Assembly (NCBI GenBank): GCA_964642015.1
Contig: CAZXLF010000004.1
Coordinates: forward strand, 20,738 to 84,737
DNA length: 64,000 nucleotides
Direction of reading: 5' to 3'
DNA from: an uncultured Planctomycetia bacterium
Lineage (GTDB): Bacteria; Omnitrophota; Gorgyraeia; 2-02-FULL-51-18
This document shows, one piece after another, positions 53,401 to 59,400 of the stretch. The notes beneath the pieces were generated by a model that was not told the origin of the DNA, searched no databases, and worked only from the letters and a program-made list of their open reading frames with translations. The position numbers and the translations under genes were made by a program. How positions within the stretch are numbered: the stretch's first letter is position 1; each line of letters begins with the position of its first letter.

Positions 53401-56400
53401 GCCTCGCAGATCTAATGATTCGCCCCCATTCTGAACAGTCACAGAATAATTCTTAGGAAGATCCGAGTAGACTATTTTTCCTTCTTTAAGGATCACGGTG
53501 GCGCTGATCTTTTCCGGCAACTTCAGCAAAAATCGGGTGTGAGGAGAAGTGATCCTGGACGTCCGTTCACTGAATAAAGCAATGGCCTCGGCCAACCCGT
53601 CCTCATCCGGTTCTTTGCCTCTCCAAATTGCCCTCAAAGCGACTCCTTTATCCAGCAACGCTTTGTCTGTTTGCCCATGTAGGGCTTTCTCATAGGTCTT
53701 CGCTTTTTGAATGATACGCTGTACATCTTCTTTCTCCGCCGGAGCTAAAAAAACTTTTTCGGGAGCAGCATGGCCAGTCTTCATTTCTCTTGCTATGTCC
53801 GCTTTCAATTTTTTAGATAAAACTGAAATGCCGTCTTGTGTCAAATGCTCTTCGGATATCTTTCTTGGTGCATTTTTTGCTAGTCTTGCACCCTCATTTT
53901 TAGCGACCAGCCGGTCGAGTTGATTTTGAATAGACTGGATATCATTAAGGAGGCGCTGTTTCAATTTTTCCTTGGACGTCGGCGAGTTAAATAACCGCCC
54001 GGCTTTGACCATTAACTCCAGCCGGGAAACAAGAAGAGGGTTTCCGGAAGAATAAACTTTCGTGTTCGTTTCATTAGGCAGATCAACATTGAATAAGCCT
54101 AATTTAACGGTGCTTTCGGTCACTTCGTTCGTCTGATCATCGAAACGATAAAGATAATAAACATCAGAGTCTGGTCTGCGTTTGACAACAACAGCAATCC
54201 CTTGAGGAAGCCTGCCGAACGCCACAAACTCGGCCTGATTCATATCTTCCACATCTTTTTTCAGAAATGCATAATTTTCTCCGATATTGATCGAGCCCTT
54301 TTGCTCTATTTCCGACCGTTTATTGACATGAGAGATCAGGAATTGAGCCGCTTTCTTTTGATGGGCCAATTGCTTTTCAAATGTATCGAATGGATTGAAT
54401 GGAGAAGCATTTTCTTCCTCATGAGCTATTGTCGCAGTAGCTCTCCAGATGATAAGCTGTTCGAAACCGCCATGCGAAAGCCACCAATACGCTCCGCCGG
54501 CGGCTAATACAAAAACACTGATCGATATCAAAAAAACGCGCTTAACAGTATTCCTAGCCAACCGAGCGCCGAGATATCTTTCAAATTTTATTACCAAATC
54601 GAGTGTCAAAGATTTCCCCTGCAATTGAAATAAGTGATCCTGGGCTTGATTCAGTTGTTGATCCGCGTGACCGATCCATGCTTTGACTAGAGCAAACGTA
54701 TCCAATCCTTGAATATCGGGAAAGATCTCGATTAACGTTTTAAAAAGATTGGGCAAGAGAATGGTCATTAGCTGGATCGAGTGAATATCATGGGATAAAT
54801 TCATCAGAGATCGGCTGAATACATCGAACGCTACTGTCGCAGGCAGTTCGGTCTTCTTCTCACTCAGTGTTTTCAGAACGGACTGAATGTCGTTGTTGAT
54901 GCGATCGATGCTTTCAAAATAATGATGAACCAGTCCTCGCGAGCTAAGTTTATAAACTAAATCCATGAAACTAAATGCGCTACCCACATGCAACGTGAGA
55001 TTCCCTTGCAACATGTCACGCATTTCTTTTTCATTTAAGAAAGATCTGGCCTGGCTCAAATATACAGCAGCAGAATCCACAGAAATTCTTATATTGTCGA
55101 TAAGCTTACCGGCTTGGCTTAGTAATTGTTCTTTATTGAATTCTCCGCCCGCTAAACGCGCGCCGGAGGAAAAATCATTGTTCTTAACTATAATGTTGTA
55201 CCCCAGCCATGCGGGCTCTGAGCCGCCGGCCTGCGCGTTGACTGTGTACTCATTAACACCTTTAGGAAGTCGGTATTTAAATCGGATGCTGGGATGATCT
55301 TCATAGGCTTCCACAAACGTAGCGGGATATGACCCCCATTCACCGGGCAATTGATTGCCGGTATTATCAACTCTTGGATGATAAAACGTAAAAGCGACTT
55401 TATGCGCATCCATCTTTCTATCAAGATTGACGGTCCAATAAACTTCTCCGTTCTGATCGGGAGTTTGCGCACCATTTTCCAGTTCGGGCCAAGGGTTTCC
55501 AAAACTTCTGATCTCAGCGACGTCCACGACCCCGCGCAAGTTGGTCAAAGCCCTCGCCAAACGCGACAGCGGTCCATGCAACCTGAGCAATAGATTCCGA
55601 TCGTCCATGGAAAGAGAAGCGTCTTTGTTGATTTGCTCTACCACCTGGTCAATCATGGTCCTAGAGTCATGAATAAGATAGGCGTATTTGTCCCTGAAGT
55701 ATTTGTCCGTGAATTTGGCATCCTGCGGTTGGGCCTCAATATCTTTGGCCAAGTCATCCAATTGGTCCCAGGTCTTCAAAATGGGCATTGTGATATAAGG
55801 GACGTCGAAAATTTCGGCGGTCGCATTTTTTCTGGTTTTTAATATGGATTCTATTTCTTCATAAGCGCCCTTCAATATTTCTCTGGCATAAGAAGCCTTC
55901 TGCTGCAGCGATCTCGGCTGCTTGAAAAAACGCCGGATATCCAGGCCTTTTCCAGGAAAGGTCACTTGGATAAAAATAAACCGCTCGGTATCCTTTTTGT
56001 AAAAGACAAGCCACGATCGGCGGGTCATATTCAGCGGCGCTTCTTTGGATAAAGAGAATCTCGAAGCGACTGATTCCGGGATCTCGAATATCAAACCAGG
56101 CCTGTTGCGATAGTTTGTCGCGTCATGGTGAACCAACGCATCAGACAACGGCCTCCAAACAGAACTTTCCGCTGAAAGAACACGGTGATTTTGGAGAATG
56201 CTGTTCAAATTTTTTGATTCGCGATCAAGAGAGATCCCCATGTATAGATTTTCGGACCGATTGGAGGGATCTAGATATTCTGAATGTTCATATTCTTCGT
56301 AATGACGGATCAGATTGTTCACTGATTCCTGTGAATCGATCACGGGAGGAGGAGCAAGCTCCTCGTCACTTTCTGCTGCTGCCAAACGCGCACCGGACAA

Positions 56401-59400
56401 AACCGGCAGGATTTGATGAGAACGGCGAATAATGATTTGTTTTAAAAATTCTTCATCGCCGGGCTTGATCCGGTCTTCCAATCGTCGCTCTACAGTTTTT
56501 AATTCAGCCTCGTTCTCGAAATAAAATGGCTCATAGCCATTCCGAATCAGAAGGAAATTCGCCAACAACCAAGCCAAACGATGATGTCCGCTCGCCGCGT
56601 TGCTGAGCGTGTCATTTCCGCTGGATTCTATGATCTGATTAAATCCGGGCCTTCTGAAAAAAATCTGATACGCGGCGATATAAGCATATAGTTCTGCCGC
56701 CATATTTGGCGCACGATCAGGCTCTTTAGAAGTTTCGTTGACCAGATAAACGAGTGAATTATAGGGCCAAGCCATCCTGAGCTGTCTTTGATTGCTCTGA
56801 AGATAATCAGGGTTGGTGTCATCACCGCGAAGCTTTTCATACAATGTCACTATCTCCGGCCAGGTTATGTCTTGGATCTTTTGATCCGCATTGGTTCTAA
56901 CTAAAAGAGAGTTTAAATAGTTCACGGCTTCCAGAAAATGCGGATTGCGGTTGTAAATTTTCTCGGCATCGACCGTAACCTGCCCGTTTGCCAAACGAGT
57001 GCCTTGTGCAATGATCCGGTTTGATGCGAATTCAAAACCTTTTTGAGTCAAAGCATATGTGCGGATCGGTACCGTTTTCATATGCTGATCCACTGAAGGA
57101 ACAGCCCTGATCGCTTTATGCGTGACATCCACGAGATCGATCCATTCGTTTTTCAGTGCTTGCGATAATGCCTCCTCAAAACTCAAAGTAATCAAAATAA
57201 GGTTAGGCTGGAACAGCGTCCCTACGACAGCACTTTGCCGCACTAAACTGATCACAAGTTTTTCGGCGGTCCACTGTGTTTCTGTCAACCTAGCGCCTGA
57301 CTGACCAGCCGATGCACCGTTTTCGGATTGGCTCCTGTCCTGTGTCGTTTCCGCAAGTGTCAGAAGGTCACGAAGCTGCTGTTCACTGAAAGGCGTGATC
57401 TGTATGTCCCTATTTTCCAAGAGGCGTTTTATATCTTGGAAAGCCGCGCGATTCAAATCTTCTTGCCTGGGTAAAAGATAGAAATGCACATTGAAATCTT
57501 TTTGCAGCTTGTGCAAACGAGACAGCGCTTCTTCATTTGCGAAAAAATTCCTCAAATCGTTCAAATCTCGGTAAACCAGTTCCACAAAACCGGCTTTTTC
57601 CGGGATTTGAGCTGTGGACCATTCATGTATATACACGCGTGTGCGTAATTCGTGTGTTGGTTCCAATTCTTTGACCGGAGACAATCGGTCAGGAGTGATC
57701 GAATGCAATACAGCCAGATCAAGCGGATTTGCGCGATGGATATCGTCCAATAACTGCAGGATATGTCTGTAATTTAAATTTTCTTTTAGTTGTTCGGCAT
57801 TATAGTAAATATAGTGGCCGTTATTTGAGCCTGTGTTCGGTCCTCGGATAATTAAAAACGGTTTTTCTTGAGAGCCGATCTCGAAGGTCTCGCCCAAATC
57901 GCCAAATTTATAGGTAACGGAATTATCGGATACAGCTATAGCTCTCACCTCTCCTGTTGCCTTCGCTCGTTCAAGATGAGCAACCAAATTTTCGATTGGT
58001 TCCGCCGATTCCGCCAGCCGAGCGCCATTCCTTTGCAAGAATGAATTCAGTTGATCAAGCGCTTTTCTCAGATAACCATCGTCACCGATCAAAACTAGAT
58101 GTTCTTTTTTTAGAGCATGCGCATACTCATCTGTCATCAGACGTTCGACAATGAAGTTAACCTGATAGTGAATACCTTGCGCCATATCGTCATACATAGA
58201 TTCGGTGGCTCTGTGTTCTTCGTAGTCATCGATCAACTCCTGAAGCTGATGGCGCAATGTTTCCAATTCAGCCGCGATGGGCGCCGTCACCTGAACGCCG
58301 GACCGTTTAAACGCCACAAGAGCCGCGGATAATTGATCTTCTGCCGATTCCAAATTCGACAAGGGAGGATTTTCTGCAAACCGCGCTCCGGTCGGTTTTA
58401 AGTTCAACGCGCCAAATTCATTTTTAAGCATCTCCACAACATTTAATCTCACGCCATCTACCAAGGCTGTCGCTTCGGCGGCCGGCAGAACACCCCATTG
58501 ATCACGAGGATGCTCTGTGGAGGCCGATTTTGTACTGTCTGGCTGATTTAACAAAATATCTTCGTACTTCTTTATGTTAGTTTCCTGAAGAACTTGCGGG
58601 ACAATCGAAACATATGAGACGTTCCGTTCTTTAAGCAACGATTTCAGATGCTCGGTATGATAGCCGCCGGCGACTAGGACGGCTTTCTCGATTTTTTCCT
58701 CATCCATTTTTTTAAAAAGATTTTTCAGGAATGCTTCGTCTCTTTGCCTTGTGAGAGCATAAAATTCGGTGGCTTTTTGGAACGCCTCATCGTAGCCGGC
58801 ATCCAGGAAAAGAGCGTCTTCATAATGAGATGCCAGATCCATGATCTTTTTATTCAAGAAACCGCTGATTTGAATGATATTAAAGCTCTGCGGATCTTGG
58901 TCCAGTGCTCCGAAGTCCTGTGTGGTGAGGTTTAGATTAAATAGGCGCTTTAAAATTTCACAGCAGCCGTCAACCTGATGAAGTCTTTTTTCATCCGCGG
59001 TCCTCGCCAATGATTCATAAATCAATGATTCTAGGTTTTCTTTCTCTATGATGACTTTCTCGGGATTTACTTTTTCAGCTTCTTTCAGATAATCGAAATA
59101 TTTAAAGAGTTCGGGATATTCGTGAGCATTCTTGAGCTTCTCTTCCAAAAGCGCATAGAACGCCTTGGCTTCTTTGTGCTGGAACGCATCGATCGCAAAC
59201 GGATTATTGAGACCCTTCAGGTTTTGTTCGGTGAGTTCGACTTGATCTGTCTGAGAAAGTGATGAAAACGCTTTGATCTGTTCTTCGTTGGCTTTGCTAA
59301 AATCGATCGCAGCTTCTTTTTCTTTGATCTTCTTAAGCGCCGCCAAATAAGGGAAAGATTCAACAACATTCAGACCCATCTTCCTTGCTTCGTCGTTCAG

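Noticed and set aside
27065-58935. About 90 plus-strand ORFs of 60-180 aa listed in the track inside the giant gene (for example 29257..29703, 45412..45795, 50938..51474)
   Set aside because: They are antisense or out-of-frame shadows of a continuous 33.7-kb reverse-strand coding frame. They have low-complexity or odd composition, and none carries recognizable motifs.
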